Assembly (NCBI RefSeq): GCF_006345805.1
Contig: NC_043000.1
Location: forward strand, 160,828,001 to 160,892,000
Length of the DNA: 64,000 bases
DNA from: Octopus sinensis
Taxonomy: Eukaryota
Direction of reading: 5' to 3'
Shown: piece by piece, positions 12,930 to 25,589 of the stretch
How positions within the stretch are numbered: the stretch's first letter is position 1
Layout of the letters: the number at the start of each line of letters is the position of its first letter
Made by a program: the position numbers and the translations under genes
Notes under the pieces: model-generated
Databases searched by the model: none
What the model saw: only the letters and a program-made list of their open reading frames with translations
What the model was told of the DNA's origin: nothing

Positions 12930-13830
12930 GCATTCAGTACAATTCCTAAGTCCTGGCATAGTAGTTATAGATTTGTTTTTTAATGATACCGTATGCACCA
13001 GTTATTTCAGGGTTAGGATCCACATTCAGGCTATTTATTTTTCCAGACCTTTACATTTAAAACGTTTCTCCGCTTCTATTAGAGATACATTGTCGTCTGT
13101 TGGGACTGATACATCAATAAGAAAGCGTTTTTCTTGGTAGTTCCTGGTCAGTATATGTGGCTTTTTATCATTGATCTCTCTATCTCTGTGTATTGCCATA
13201 TTCCAATGTGGTGTTGCTTTGTCCTTTTCTTAGACATTTTTTGGGATATTGTTGTGTCGACGCCCCCAGACGATGAAGTAGACTAGTCCAATGCGTAGAT
13301 ATAGAGGGAGAAGTCTAGACGTCGAGGAGTTGAGTAGAGGTCATCCGAACGTGCGATATAACTGTGGTGACGTGGATTTCGTAGCTCACACTGCTACTGT
13401 GTAGTATTACGATATAACAGATATGCTTATATCATCTTTTTTCCTGTTGTGATTGCATAGTTCTCGCATAGCTTCGTCTGTATATAGGTCACAACTCTGT
13501 CATATCCGTGGATATATTCCTTCTTAGCTAGTACTGAGTAGCAAGGGACAATGTGATTTATTGTTTGTTCGTCACTACCACATATTTTGAAGTTACTTAT
13601 GAGACTTTTCTTCTTTGTTTGTGCTTGTTTTTGTAGTTGTTTTTTTGGGATGACTTTCATCTTGGGCTGCAATTCTCTGCTTGAGTACTGATCTTCTTAA
13701 CCACTGTTGGGATTTTATTTTACCTATTTCTTTTCTGTTTAGCTTATCCTAGTATTTGCCATGTAAGGGGTTTTCTTGCCATTGTTTATCACAGTATTTT
13801 GTAGTTTCAACTTTAGCCAAGATTTTAGTT
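12930..13830 (-). mobile_element. R4/Dong-type (restriction-like endonuclease) non-LTR retrotransposon 3' fragment
   Basis: Minus translations KPLHGKY, IAAQDES, ICGSDEQTINHIVPCYSVLAKKEYIHGYDRV (CCHC knuckle remnant), WNMAIHRDREIND KKPHIL and FLIDVSVPTDDNVSLIEAEK (PD..D/K endonuclease). An unrelated segment of about 180 bp interrupts at about 13245-13420. Confidence 0.8.
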
Positions 13831-16800
13831 GATTTATTGCTTTTGCTGTTTGTTTTTATTTTTATCTTCAAATTTGTCAGGTATTATGACGCTGTTGTAC
13901 AAATATACGAGGCCCAATATACCCATAATTACTAGCCGCCTGATAAGGGGCACCATGCTTATGCATCACAACCATATGCACGCGACATGATGATCGCATA
14001 TCAAGATAAACAGCGTATGACCTTGCAAGTGGGACCCAGTTAGAATTTTCTTTAGGTTGAATTGCCTATCCCTCTTAAAAGTCCCTGAATAATAGTTGCT
14101 TAACCATGATGAACGCAAATCCCATGTTTCCAAGGGTGGATTTTTCAAACGCCAAGGAAATCCTCTCACCATATGGCTATGATGCTCCCCCACTATTTCT
14201 CGTGGTCAGAAATGCAACTTATAGTCAGCCACAAAGGGCATGTTCAACTGGTTATGGTCAAATAACTGATAAGCAAATCTGTGATATGAGCAGAATATAT
14301 GTAGTAGTCTGTCATTTACACCAAGACAAAATATATACATGTTAACACTTCCAGCCAGTTAAGATCTGAAGCTATGAGAACCGCTATCCGGTACTGCCCT
14401 AGGGTTTGTTATCGTTGTTGTTGATTATGTAGTTGTTGCTGCTGCTGCTGTTGTTGTTGTTAAGCAACAATACGGGTAAGGGTGATAAGGTGATGGTCTA
14501 GGTCTTAGGGGTGGGAGACCCCAGACCTTGGAAAGAAAAAACTTTGGTCGTCTTGTTGTAGTCGAGGGCCCTTCGTTGACGCCCGACACCACTGGGAGGT
14601 GACCCACGAAGTCGCTGGAAATGGAGATCTCCAGGTCGAAATTCTTGAACGGCAGTTGTTGCTGCTGCTGCAGCTACCGCCGTTGTTGTTGTTGTTGCTG
14701 CTGCTACTGCTGCTGTTGCTGTTGCAACTGCTGCTACTGTTGCTGTTGATAATGTTATTGTTACTCTTTTACCTCTTACCGTTGCGGCTGATGTCGTCAT
14801 TGCTCTCCGATGCTGATTCTTTTCGACGTAGACGTAGTTAAAGTTAATCATTTTGTTTGGTTAACGTGAGCTTCAGGCAGATTAAAAGAAATTCGGTGAT
14901 ATATTTCTGCCTTTAGTGTGTAAATATTGTTCTTTTCATTGCAAAATATTTGACAATATATCTATCTCTGAAATACTTAAGATTTCAATAATGATGATAG
15001 TAACTGCCTTCGCAGGCGTAAAATCACTTAATGTCTTTAACGTTACAAACAATTTTGTAAAACTAACGACAACGCAAGCAAAGTAAATAGTGACAAATAA
15101 CAAACACAATTGACAATAACATTCTGGCCACGAGCACCTGTTACAACATTAACGATGACAGTTGTGTTGTCGAGTAGATCTCAAGGAAAATGGCAACTGT
15201 GCAATAAACACGTTTAAAAATGCTGTAACTGGAAGGATAAGTTTAGATTTAAGAAAGTAAATGAAAAAGAATTGGAACACATTCGGAAATTTAACGGCAT
15301 AGAAAAAGTATAAAATATTTTAGGATATATAAAAGAAAAAAATAGAAAGTAAATGTCATATTTGGGTGTTTCTCCCCAAAAGAAGCGTCTTGAAAACCAA
15401 CCTAAACGGTAATTGAAAGAAATATTTACAGAGAAATCCCTACACATTAAGGAAATAATCAGAGGTGTCTCTGTCACAAGATACGGTATATTGTTCATCC
15501 CTGAAAATGCGAAAAAAAGGGACCAGTGTGGCGCGAGATCTCGAGAAGCACATACCAAGGATTCGTTATTCATGTAAATAATCTATTGCAGTGAAGGATT
15601 ATGTAATATGAATACGAATGAATACTTATCCACTCGGTACCTTCTTGGAGATTTTCAGGAATTTGGTAGATGTAAGAATGAAATATTACGAATTTGGCAT
15701 GGAATTGAACTATATTTCCAAATGATTATTAAGCTACAAGTCTAGCAATCCAGTCCATATTCTGTCTGTCACGCAATCACAATAGCAAGAGAAACCTCAA
15801 CGATATGCTCCCACGCGGTACCACCTGTCAAATTTTACTTTAAATAATTTGGTCTACCAGGATGTATAGTAAAAAATACTTACCGATGTATCGAATAGGG
15901 CGTTTCAGTACATAAGTGATTGGAGCGATAACTTGTTGACTCACCATCAACAAAGTAATACTAAATGAGAGGAAAAATGATGCTTGAAATGCATGCGTAA
16001 ACAATAAGAACCAGTTCAGGCAAGAATACAAAAAAGACATCAACACTTAAAATATTTATAAGAGAATTCTAATTATTTTTCTGCTTACTTACGAGAACAC
16101 TAAAGATTAATATTGACTTGTTTTATATTTTTGTTTTTGTGTGTGACAAACTTAATCCATCGACAGGTTTAACAATAAATTCTTCCCGTCTTCTTGCCAA
16201 TCTGATAGGTTTAGGAAGAAAATGAATGCTGCGCATAATCTTTTGAATAGGGGGCAAAGTTTCAAAAATAAACCTCAAACTTTATAGAGATCATAAAGTT
16301 TGAGTCCGTATATTTCTGGTATATTTCTGGTATCCAATTTTTTTTTTTAAATATGCCTTCAATACCAGAAAATATTCGCAATATTTAGCTCTTATAACTA
16401 CAAACTTACCGAAATTGTGCAAGGGCCGAGAATATTACTGTTTATTGCACCAATAAAAACCTCAAGAGGTATTTCTCGAGTTCCTGTACGAAGCTGAATT
16501 TGTATTAGCATCGATTTCATGCACGAATTGCATATATTCTATAATGTCACAGATATCTCTCCTTGTCTTTTGGATGTGTCGTGTTATCTGTGCAATTATG
16601 TCTTCGAATTCATATGGCTTTTTCAAAATGTTTCTCTTACAGGAGGAACACTTAAATGTGAACTCAAATTCTATTTCCTATTATGAAGATATGATTCAGT
16701 GTACTTTCATCAGAAAATATAAAGAAAATTTATCTCCAAAAAGTTTGCGTAAGAAAATGTATCGCTATTTTTCTGTTTAAGTTAAGAGCAAAATGTTTTA

Positions 16801-17594
16801 ACATCGACTGTAATCTACTCAACTAAGGCTTTCATATTAACAACTGAAGATTTAAGACATTATGCATGTATTATATATATATATATAATATATATATACA
16901 TATATACATACATGCATACATATATATATATACACATACATACATATATATACACATACATACATACATGCATACATATATATATATATATACATACATA
17001 CATACACACATACACATATTTATTTATGTATCGGTATGTACGTATGTATGTTTGGTAGAAAGAAATGTAAGAGAATATTCCAAGTTATCACGCATTGTCT
17101 TACAGGTACGATGTTAACTACTGAATAGAGTAACGGTAGTAAAGCTGGGAAAATAGTGATTGGTTGCATAAGAGAAGTAGGAGGAAATAGTTGGATAAAA
17201 TATCGCTGCTAATATGAATGAATAGATAATGAAGTGAAGGGCAGAAATGGAAAGAGTGAGCGAAAGAGATAGAGAGAATGCAAATTGGTGTCTTGCGTAT
17301 AGCCAAACTGTCACTTGCATGCTTTATAATAAAGATATTGGGAAATGGTGTGAACTGAGCACAGAATGAATTGAGTATGGGGAATAAAAGGGAGATAGGG
17401 AGAAAGAGAATAAAGGTATTCAAAGAAAAGAGAAAAGTGGCGAATAGGTTGGGGTGGATAATAAGTTATCAGTGTGGTTATGAATACTTTTTTTTTCTCT
17501 CCTCACTGGATATGTGTGAAAGTGAAAATGAAACATCCGAGTAGAACAGAACGCAATGGAGAAAGGTGACGTAGGTATATGTAGAGAATCGAAT

Positions 17595-17656
<62 letters not shown>

Positions 17657-17817
17657 TAACAGACAGACAGATAGGTAGTCTGGTAATTGGACTAAAGAGA
17701 AAATATCGAGGTGAAATAGGTGACAAAGTAAGTGAAGACATTACATAAACGAATACAAACGGAGGAAACGGTATGGACCAAGAAAAGACCCCGCACACAC
17801 ATACACACAAACACATA

Positions 17818-17866
<49 letters not shown>

Positions 17867-18789
17867 CCACACACATACATGAGCACGTGTGAGTGAGTGT
17901 GTATATAAAGAGAAGAAACATAGTTTTATAGACAGATACAGAGAAAGATAGTGAGACGGTGATAGAAAGAGAATAGAGGCTTGATTATTAGTATATAGAG
18001 AATAGCTTAAGTGGAGCAAAGTTAAGTATAGGATAGGATGTGTTCAGAGTTAAACATAATCTGGCTCATATGCAGCAATACCAAAAAGAGGAGCCATTGC
18101 CAATTTGTATCGGTTGGCAAAGCAATAAAGAATTAGAAGATAGTGAAAGGATGTGGGATACAGCCAGGTCGCAATCACATTACAGCAGTTGTTTAAATAT
18201 GTAAAGCCATTCTTTCTGTACACATGATTGCCAAATATGTGCTTCCTTCGTTACAAGCCATAACTCGTCTGGAATGAATTTTTGTAGATTTTTTTCTCTA
18301 TTGCAGTTCAGAAATCTTTATAATATTATAGCGTTCTTCTTGTAACCTCTATTGTATGTCAGATCTGTAGATTGCATTATAGTTTGGATATTTTATATGC
18401 CATGCTCTCTCTCATTACCACCTAATATATATGTAACCATCTAAAAATATTTCTGATACTTCCTCGTAATGTATTTGTTATATTTCAAACGTGTATTTTA
18501 CTAACCAATTATATCTTTTATCTTTTGATTTTATAGCTTTTACTTGTTTCAATCACTGAATTACGCCCATCTGAAGCACCACAGTGAAGGGTCTTTAGTT
18601 GAACTAATCCACCTAAATGCTTCCCTTTTAAACTAGCTACCTATTCTACCGAACCCTTTTGCCGAATTACGTACCCAAACAAACACCGGTTATGAAACAA
18701 ACAAAAAGATGAACACATCTACGACTAACTTCTTTCCATATACGTCTACCAAATTCATTCACAGGTTCACCTGGGGCTATAGTAGAAGA

Positions 18790-19070
18790 CACATGTCCAA
18801 GTGAAATTATGAAATTGAGAATCAAACTTCTTACACACTGCCATGAATGTCTCTTTCAAGGTCACCCTTTTAGAATCCTGGCCACATTGCACATACCTTC
18901 TTGTAGTACAGGGAATCAATCTTACCTGTATCAGAGAATCTGTGAAGTTCAAAATATTCATAGAACTGCTGCCATATTCTTTCCGATACGGGCCAACATA
19001 GATGAGTGCCAGTATGTCTGTGATGACGGTATATCCCGTACCCTGGATTATATCCCAGAAACAGCTGTAA
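18790..19070 (-). mobile_element. Probable ancient Ty3/Gypsy pol (RT thumb/RNase H linker) relic
   Basis: Minus frame LFLGY..GI....WPVS...WQQF......RF...KI.SLYYKK...W, then in a shifted frame TLKETF...KKFD. Spacing resembles the Gypsy FLG..GI..WP.P..LQQFLG..RF..KK..W..LK..FD pattern. Weak and divergent. Confidence 0.4.
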
Positions 19071-19375
19071 GACTTTGAATTTTTTTCCAATAATAATATT
19101 GTATATGACTTAAGATATTTGCATTGCCTTAACGTTTGTTGTCCTCTTTAGCAATGTTATATCCACTGCATCGGAAATCTGGAATGGGTCCATAACTACC
19201 GCCTCGGTTATAATCTTGGAGCCCTAGTAATCCGTTACAGCACTTATCTAGCATACCTAATCTTTTAGATCAGCTGTGAACTAAACCCCTATATTTTGTA
19301 TATATATATATATATATATATATGAAAAAATAAGTCAAAATAGAAAATGCTAAAATAATTTTATAAAGAACATTT

Positions 19376-19413
19376 CAGTACCGGTTTCAGTCATTTTGAG
19401 ACCTTTTCAACTG
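19376..19413 (-). ncRNA. Minimal hammerhead-like motif at PLE 3' end (degenerate core)
   Basis: CAG-TTGAAAA-GGTC(tcaaaat)GACT-GAA-ACCGGT-A-CTG: stem I CAG/CTG, stem II, palindromic stem III, GUA triplet; core differs from CUGANGA at C3 and G8. Confidence 0.6.
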
Positions 19414-20007
19414 TAACGATTAAATAATTAAATTGAGAAAAATTAAAAGAAATGTTTTTTTAAAGGAATATTTGTATAATGTTCAAATATAAGTGGCATT
19501 TTCCTTGTTTCTGCCTTGCTCTGTCTCTCTTGTTCACACTTGTGGGTTCGAGGTCGTTGTGAAATCTTGGTAGGGAAGAAGAAGAAGGATGATGAGGAGA
19601 AGGGGGGAAAAATTTTAGGAGTGCCTTGATTGTTGTATTTTGAATGGTCAGTGGCCGCTATCAGTTCATGACAGTATTTCTATTGAAAGGTTTGTCTATA
19701 GAATTTACGTAGGTGTTATACTAAAAAGCATTAGTGATAAAGTTAGGAAGTAGAAGAGAAGAAGAAGAAGAAGAAGAAGAAGAAGAGAAGAAGAAGAAGA
19801 AGAAGATGATGATGATGATGATGATAATGATGATGATGATGATGAAGAGGGGAAAGAAGAAGAGGAAGAAAGATGATGGAGAATATGAATGAGTGGAAGT
19901 AGTGAGGTGTTGTATGACTTAAAGTTGACACGCTATGGGTTATAGCTGTGATTGGGGCTGATTTGTAGTGGATTCTTAGGAATGTAATATTTGCGTGTGT
20001 ATTTGTG

Positions 20008-21388
20008 TTATTCTAAGGCAGAGGGGTATATATCGTTTGTCGTAAACCCGTTCAGAAGGGGCTTATATTTTGTAATAAAGAGAGTTTCTTTACTTATTCG
20101 TTGGCTCGAGGTTGTATCGTCCCTGAATTGGTAGAGGGGGAAAATCCTGAAGTTTGGTGTTTTGTTGTTGGCGCAAGTATCTATGTGTTGGCTGAATGTT
20201 ATTTTTCTGTTTTGGGGAATTTTTATCTGGGATCTGTGCACGGCCATTCTTTTACGCAAACTATTTTTCGTTTGGCCTATGTACTGCTCTTGATACCCAG
20301 AGCAGGTTAGTGTGTATATAAGGTTCTCCGAAGCACATGTGAAGTTGCTTTTCACTGTAAACCGTTGTCCCTGTTTGATGGAGAACTCTGATCCTTCAAT
20401 TAGATAATCGCATATCCTGCAATTTGGTCTTCCACATTTTTTTACTGTCGGCTTCTGTGTTGTAGAGTGTATTCGGGCTTGTGTTAGGAGACTTTTCATA
20501 GATTTAGGCTGTTTCTTGCTTTTTATGATCATGTGTGTTTGGAGAATTGTGTTCATTCTGTGGTCATTTTTAGGAGGGGTATGTTGGGGAGGATGGTGTC
20601 GAAGACCTCATTGTTGTGAGGGTTGTGTGTGGAGATGTATGGTAAGGGTTTTGGTCGTAAATGTTTCTTTGATTTGGGATGTCTGAGTTCCTCGATGTTG
20701 AGTTGGAGGGCACGTTGAATGCATATGTCAATAAGTGAAGGTGGGTAGTTCCTGGTAATGAGGGTATCTTTTAGTTCTTGTAGTCGTGTGTCTCTGGTGT
20801 TTGCATTAGAAACTATAGTGCATATCCTTTTTGCTAGATTGAAGGGGATGTTCATGCTGGTGTGTCTGGGGTAGCATGAATTGAAAGGAAGATATTGCTT
20901 AGAATCTGTAGGCTTGTAGTATATATCTGTTTCTATTACATTATTAGATTTCTTAATAAGGATATCGAGGAAGGGGAGTTGTTGCTGGCTATATTCCATG
21001 GTGAATTGGATGTTTACGTCCGGTCCATTTAAAATTGCTTGGAATTCTTTGAGTTTCTCTATATTTTCATGCCAAAGGATGAAACAGTCATCTAGGTATC
21101 TCCTCTAGCTGTTTTCTATGTAGAGGGAGAAAGGGCTGCCATATCTTTCTAGAACCTTACGATACAGACTGATTTCTAAATATCCCATGATTAGGTTGGC
21201 AAAGGAGGGGGCTATTCGCGTACCCATAGCAGTCCCCGATTTTTGTCGGTAGAAGTTGTCTTTGTAGGCGAAGAAGTTATTTTCCAGGATGAATTTAACC
21301 CCTTCTATCACGAATTCTTTTTTGATGCGATGTGGGAGTTCGTTTGCGTGATTCTCTAGCTAGTATTGAATTGCCTCTATTCCTATTC
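20008..21388 (-). pseudogene. PLE reverse transcriptase (motifs B'-thumb) and GIY-YIG endonuclease, disrupted
   Basis: YRQKSGTAMGTRIAPSFANLIMG, RRYLDDCFILW, LPFLDILI, DIYYKPTDSKQYL, and NLIYTLTCSGYQEQYIGQTKNSLRKRMAVHR. Two TAG stops at positions where Trp is expected and one frameshift near 20555. Confidence 0.92.
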
Positions 21389-21408
21389 TATATATATATA
21401 TATATATA

Positions 21409-21576
21409 ATTGCAGCGTGGAAGGTGTTTGTAAACCATTTAAGAAACACACAAAAGCCGTTCGATTCACTTCAACATTTAAGTTTAATTTGTCAAAATAT
21501 TTTCGTCGCTAAAATCCGCAACCTGTTCACTGACAAAAATCCGTGCTGCACGGATTTTTGTCAGTGAACAGGTCGC
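21409..21576 (-). mobile_element. Short PLE-terminus-like element ending in a perfect 26-bp-arm palindrome
   Basis: 21521-21546 ACCTGTTCACTGACAAAAATCCGTGC is the exact reverse complement of 21548-21573 (1-nt centre). Family copies at 6243 and 22200. Confidence 0.8.
21488..21537 (-). ncRNA. Hammerhead-like motif with non-canonical core
   Basis: TTTGTCA-GTGAACAG-GTTGC(ggatttta)GCGAC-GAA-AATATT-T-TGACAAA: 7-bp stem I, 5-bp stem II, palindromic stem III. Confidence 0.5.
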
Positions 21577-22199
21577 GTATGTATGTATCTATGTATCTAA
21601 GCACATACATATGTATGTCTATAAAATAAACAATAAGTATTTGAGGTTAATCGTTGCCTGTGAAAATAGAGACATATGTAGGTGTAGATGGATAAATGTA
21701 TATACATATATATATGTGTGTATACGTGTTTATATGATTGTGTGTGCATGTACATATATATAGGTAGGTTTATATTTGCATGCATGTATCCAAGACATTG
21801 TATCTATTCACCGTTAGACGGTGGTGAGAGGAACATATATAAATATACAACCGTCGACAGAATAAAAGTCATATCTACAACTTGAACAGACACACATATC
21901 AGTAGATAAACATACGTTTATATGCACATGCACATATACACACATGCAGACGCGTCTACGCACTTACATACCTAAATACTCACATATATATATATATGCA
22001 TTCATACATACATGCGTACGTACGTATGTACACATATGCGTACAGGCGTATACACATATATAGGGATGTACACATATACGTACTTGCATACATGCACACA
22101 TACATACATATACATAATACATACATAATACATACATACAAACATAAACACATATATATCATGAACTAACAGTTACTTTCTGAGATGCAGCATGTATGT

Positions 22200-22340
22200 T
22201 TGTAGTGAACAGATGGTGGTTTCAAAGCGACACAAATATTTTGACATAAATTAAATTTAAATGTTCAATTAAATCTAACAGTCTTTGTATGTTCTTAAAT
22301 GGCATATAAATTCCTTCCACGCTACAATTGCTTTCATAAA
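22200..22340 (+). mobile_element. Diverged copy of the 21409/6243 family
   Basis: agtgaacag...aaagcgac..aaatattttgac...ttcttaaatggc...ccttccacgctacaattg, ending at (TA)n. Confidence 0.65.
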
Positions 22341-22360
22341 TATATATATATATATATATA

Positions 22361-23421
22361 CTAGCTTCAGGTGACCCGCTCTACGCGCGGGTGAGGGTGT
22401 GGTTGTTACTTTCTGTTGCTTCTTTTCTGTTTCTTATCGCGATACTCACCCTTTTTGTTTCTCTCTCATTTCACTCTCACTCTCCCACTCTCTTACTCTT
22501 CCTTTCTCTCGGACTCTCCCTCGCTTTCTCTTGCTCTATCTTTCTCCCATTTATCTCTCTCCCATTTATAAAAATCAAAAGATCTTGAGTAAGTTGAGAA
22601 AGAAAATATTTTGAAATTTGAATCATAAATAGCAAGCAGTGACAACGGAAAGGACACTTGCCTTTTGTATGTGCAACTATTTGAGCGATTAAAAATAAGG
22701 AAAAAAGAATTTCTTTGTTAAATTTAGTACTTATTTTGGGAATTTTTCGACGATTGACCATGCAAATGAAAGCTCTAAACACGGGCTACATGCAGCTGTA
22801 AATTCCTTTCAGGAAAAAATGAAAACTGTAAACAATAAAAAATAAAAGGCAAAAATACGTAAAAATGAGAAACTGCCCTTTAAACTGTTCCCATTCCAAA
22901 ATGAGAAAAATAACCAAGAAATTAAACTTGTTTGCTTTTCTGCTTTATAGATATTGATTACCGTCATGAATGTCTCGGGGTTTATGACGATAATATATTA
23001 AGATTAGCGCGAATATTTAAACTTTTGCGGCTGTCAACGCTTTCTCTCTATAGATACAGACAGACTTACAGTGATAGAGTCGGTGGGAGAAAGAGTGACA
23101 GAGAGACGGCGAAGCCGTCAAACGTCGTTGTAGGGAGAACGTGGAAGGAAAGAAGGAAAGAGAGAGGTGGAGGAAGACAGGTTGATATGCGAAAGTGAGA
23201 AACGGCAAACACTTGTCAAAGTGTGGGTTTTATTTGCCCTATTAACCACAGTTTTTGAGATAGGGTTGTCTAAAATAATCCACTCATTTCCTCACCTCTT
23301 TTTACATGTCCCTGAAAATTTTGGAGCCAATCTGACCCCATCTAGTGTCCCTTAACCTGTTCCGATCGCAAAATGAGACAAGCTTTTCGCATTTCAGCGA
23401 TATAGATATTGACTTTATAGA
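22361..23421 (-). mobile_element. Non-autonomous Helitron (about 1.06 kb)
   Basis: On the minus strand: 5' TC(TATAAAG) preceded by A, 3' hairpin CCCGC/GCGGG (22375-22391), then CTAG followed by T. This is the canonical A|TC...CTAG|T Helitron signature. Confidence 0.7.
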
Positions 23422-23775
23422 TAGAGACTAGTATTCTGAATTATATTCAATATATATATATTTTAAAAATTACTTATACTTTGAACATCTTCAGATCTTA
23501 TTTCTTTACCGTCGGCACTTCCGGTACAGTGTACTTCAGATTTTTAAGTCTGTACAACCAGTTTTATAAAATGTAAATTGAAATATACGATTCGTTTTAT
23601 CAACTGAATGCGTAGTATTTATTAACAATAAACTTTCTTTTGTTGAAACCGATTACACACAAATACACGTGCGCGCGCGCATTTTTATAGTTTTATAAAC
23701 CGAATGCTTAATATTTATTAACAATAAACTTTCTTGTAAATACACAAACTGACACAGAGTAACAAGCACACACAA

Positions 23776-23806
<31 letters not shown>

Positions 23807-24243
23807 TTTCTATACTTTTATTCAGCCATTCAAGGAGAGTCACAAACTATACTCTAAAGAAGATATGTTTATTATTTTTCTCATTTTTCGGGTTATGTGC
23901 CAAGAGAAGAAAAAAGATTATATTTCTCATTTGTACTCAATACGTTTCCCCATTTTTGACGCGTATCCACTGTTCAACCGTTAATCCAAACACGGTTTAC
24001 CGCCCCCCCCCCTATTCTCCCTTTCTCCGTCAAATGTTCCCCTTCATTCCTCATTCCTTTCTGCAGGGAAATAATGGCTTCAAACGTCAAAGACCCTACT
24101 AACTTTCCTGGATGCACCCTATTTGCCTATTTGCTGTTCCCTCATCTGTCTCTCTTCTGATTATTTTTGATTTTGTACAATTTTGTACCGCACACACTCA
24201 AATACACACACACAGATACACACACACACACACACACATACAT

Positions 24244-24545
24244 CAGTGGCGACTCCGGCACTCGGGCTGATCGGACTTAGCCTGAGTCTAAATTTAATAA
24301 AGTGAACGTGTATTTGCAAGCTGATTTAATTTCTCCCAGCACTGACTTCAAGTATGTAATTGCAGCCAATAACTCGGGCTCCTTTTATTGAGCCTAGCCG
24401 CAGTTCACTTACTTTCAGTCAGCGTCTGGTGCTCGTCTTTGAAGTGTCCTGTATCGAAAAATATCATTCGTAGCGGACGTTCTCTCGATATTGTTCACAT
24501 GTACCTGACTCGGGCTCGGAAGTTACAGCCCGAGTTATCTAAAAA
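24244..24545 (+). mobile_element. Probable DNA-transposon (hAT-like) terminus with subterminal dyad repeats
   Basis: Starts CAGTGGCG; three CTCGGGCT-N10-AGCC(C/T)(G/A)(A/G)(G/C) dyads at 24261, 24373 and 24509. The other terminus was not found. Confidence 0.35.
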
Positions 24546-25036
24546 ATCATAAAAATTAAAAGTAATTCAAACTCAATGTCTTGAAACAATAAATTACTAT
24601 TTCGTTCTACAATATTCTTAAATAAACGAAAAGTTATCCAGTTTCTTGTGCTGATACGAACCAGCCTGGCAAGAGTAAAAGAATAACTGACATCTCTTGT
24701 CAAGAGTGCAGGCGACAGACAGATTGCTAATGTTTGTTGTGCTCTCTGCTGTCGTTACTTGATTGCTGTTATTCTGTGCGTCTCTGTGTAAAAATCAATT
24801 GTGCCTCGCAGGGTTGCTTTATTTTAACCCATCACTTCGAAATGGTGAAAGATATGCTGGTAGATATGAGAAATAACCCTTTTGGGGTTAGAAATAAAGC
24901 GGGAAAAGGGGAAATTCTTCGAGCAGTCATGAGTCTTATGCGAAATCTGTGATGATCCCGAGTAACATTGATAAACTGGAATCACCTCTGACATACATAC
25001 ATATATATACATACATACATACACATACATACCTAC

Positions 25037-25099
<63 letters not shown>

Positions 25100-25101
<2 letters not shown>

Positions 25102-25295
25102 GTAATACCTCACCATATCGCAGTTCACCTATCGCAGTTTATTAACTTACCTTATGTCGGTTCCTCTGTTATGTTGCTTTGCATTTATAATAAAATAAAT
25201 GTACAAAAATTATAAAAAAGATTTTCAAAATATACAGTACAGTACTGTATCTACTTCGTGGATTTTCACCTATCGCGGGGTCTTTTGGAACTTTT
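25100..25295 (+). mobile_element. pogo/Tigger-like MITE fragment
   Basis: tagtaatacctcaccatatcgcagttcacctatcgc and ggattttcacctatcgcggg resemble Tigger-type TIR/subterminal motifs (from recall); follows (TA)n. Confidence 0.45.
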
Positions 25296-25410
25296 GGTGT
25301 GTTTACGTCCCGCTGAGCTAGTGGTTCGGCAAAAGCAACCGATAGAATAAGTACTAGGGTTACAAAGAATTAGTCAGATGACTAAAAGGGATAAAAGAAT
25401 AAAAGAATAC
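25296..25410 (+). mobile_element. SINE family A, 3' fragment
   Basis: ggtgtgtttacgtccc...ggttcggcaaaag..ccgatagaataagtact...aaaagaata. Confidence 0.7.
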
Positions 25411-25589
25411 ACACACACACAAGAGTTACGGAATGAAGTCGGTAAGATCCGGGCAACATCTGTTTCATAGCGGGCGGAACCTGAAAGATGGTAAAAATCC
25501 AAGCGAGGTGCATACCACCTTCAGACCAGGGATATCGATTAAACTACAGGTTAAACATGGAAGATTCAATGGTCAAACTAAGGGGGCTG

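Larger units (their letters stand above)
19324..21388 (-). mobile_element. Penelope-like element (PLE), 5'-truncated, embedded between (TA)n tracts
   Basis: RT plus C-terminal GIY-YIG coding region, a 3' tail ending in a hammerhead-like motif, and both junctions in (TA)n (about 19299-19323 and 21389-21408). Confidence 0.92.

Noticed and set aside
15214-15573. 119-aa minus ORF and strong acceptor (ttttttcgcattttcag) near 15503
   Set aside because: No recognisable homology, Phe-rich low-complexity tail, and no consistent partner exons.
16643-16748. Plus-strand candidate exon (EEHLNVNSNSISYYEDMIQCTF...) with good splice signals
   Set aside because: Isolated; such signals arise by chance in 64 kb of AT-rich DNA and no gene model could be chained.
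18926-19064. Host exon reading of LFLGYNPGYGIYRHHRHTGTHLCWP...
   Set aside because: The acceptor is purine-rich, and similarity to Gypsy pol continues past the apparent donor, favouring a retrotransposon relic.
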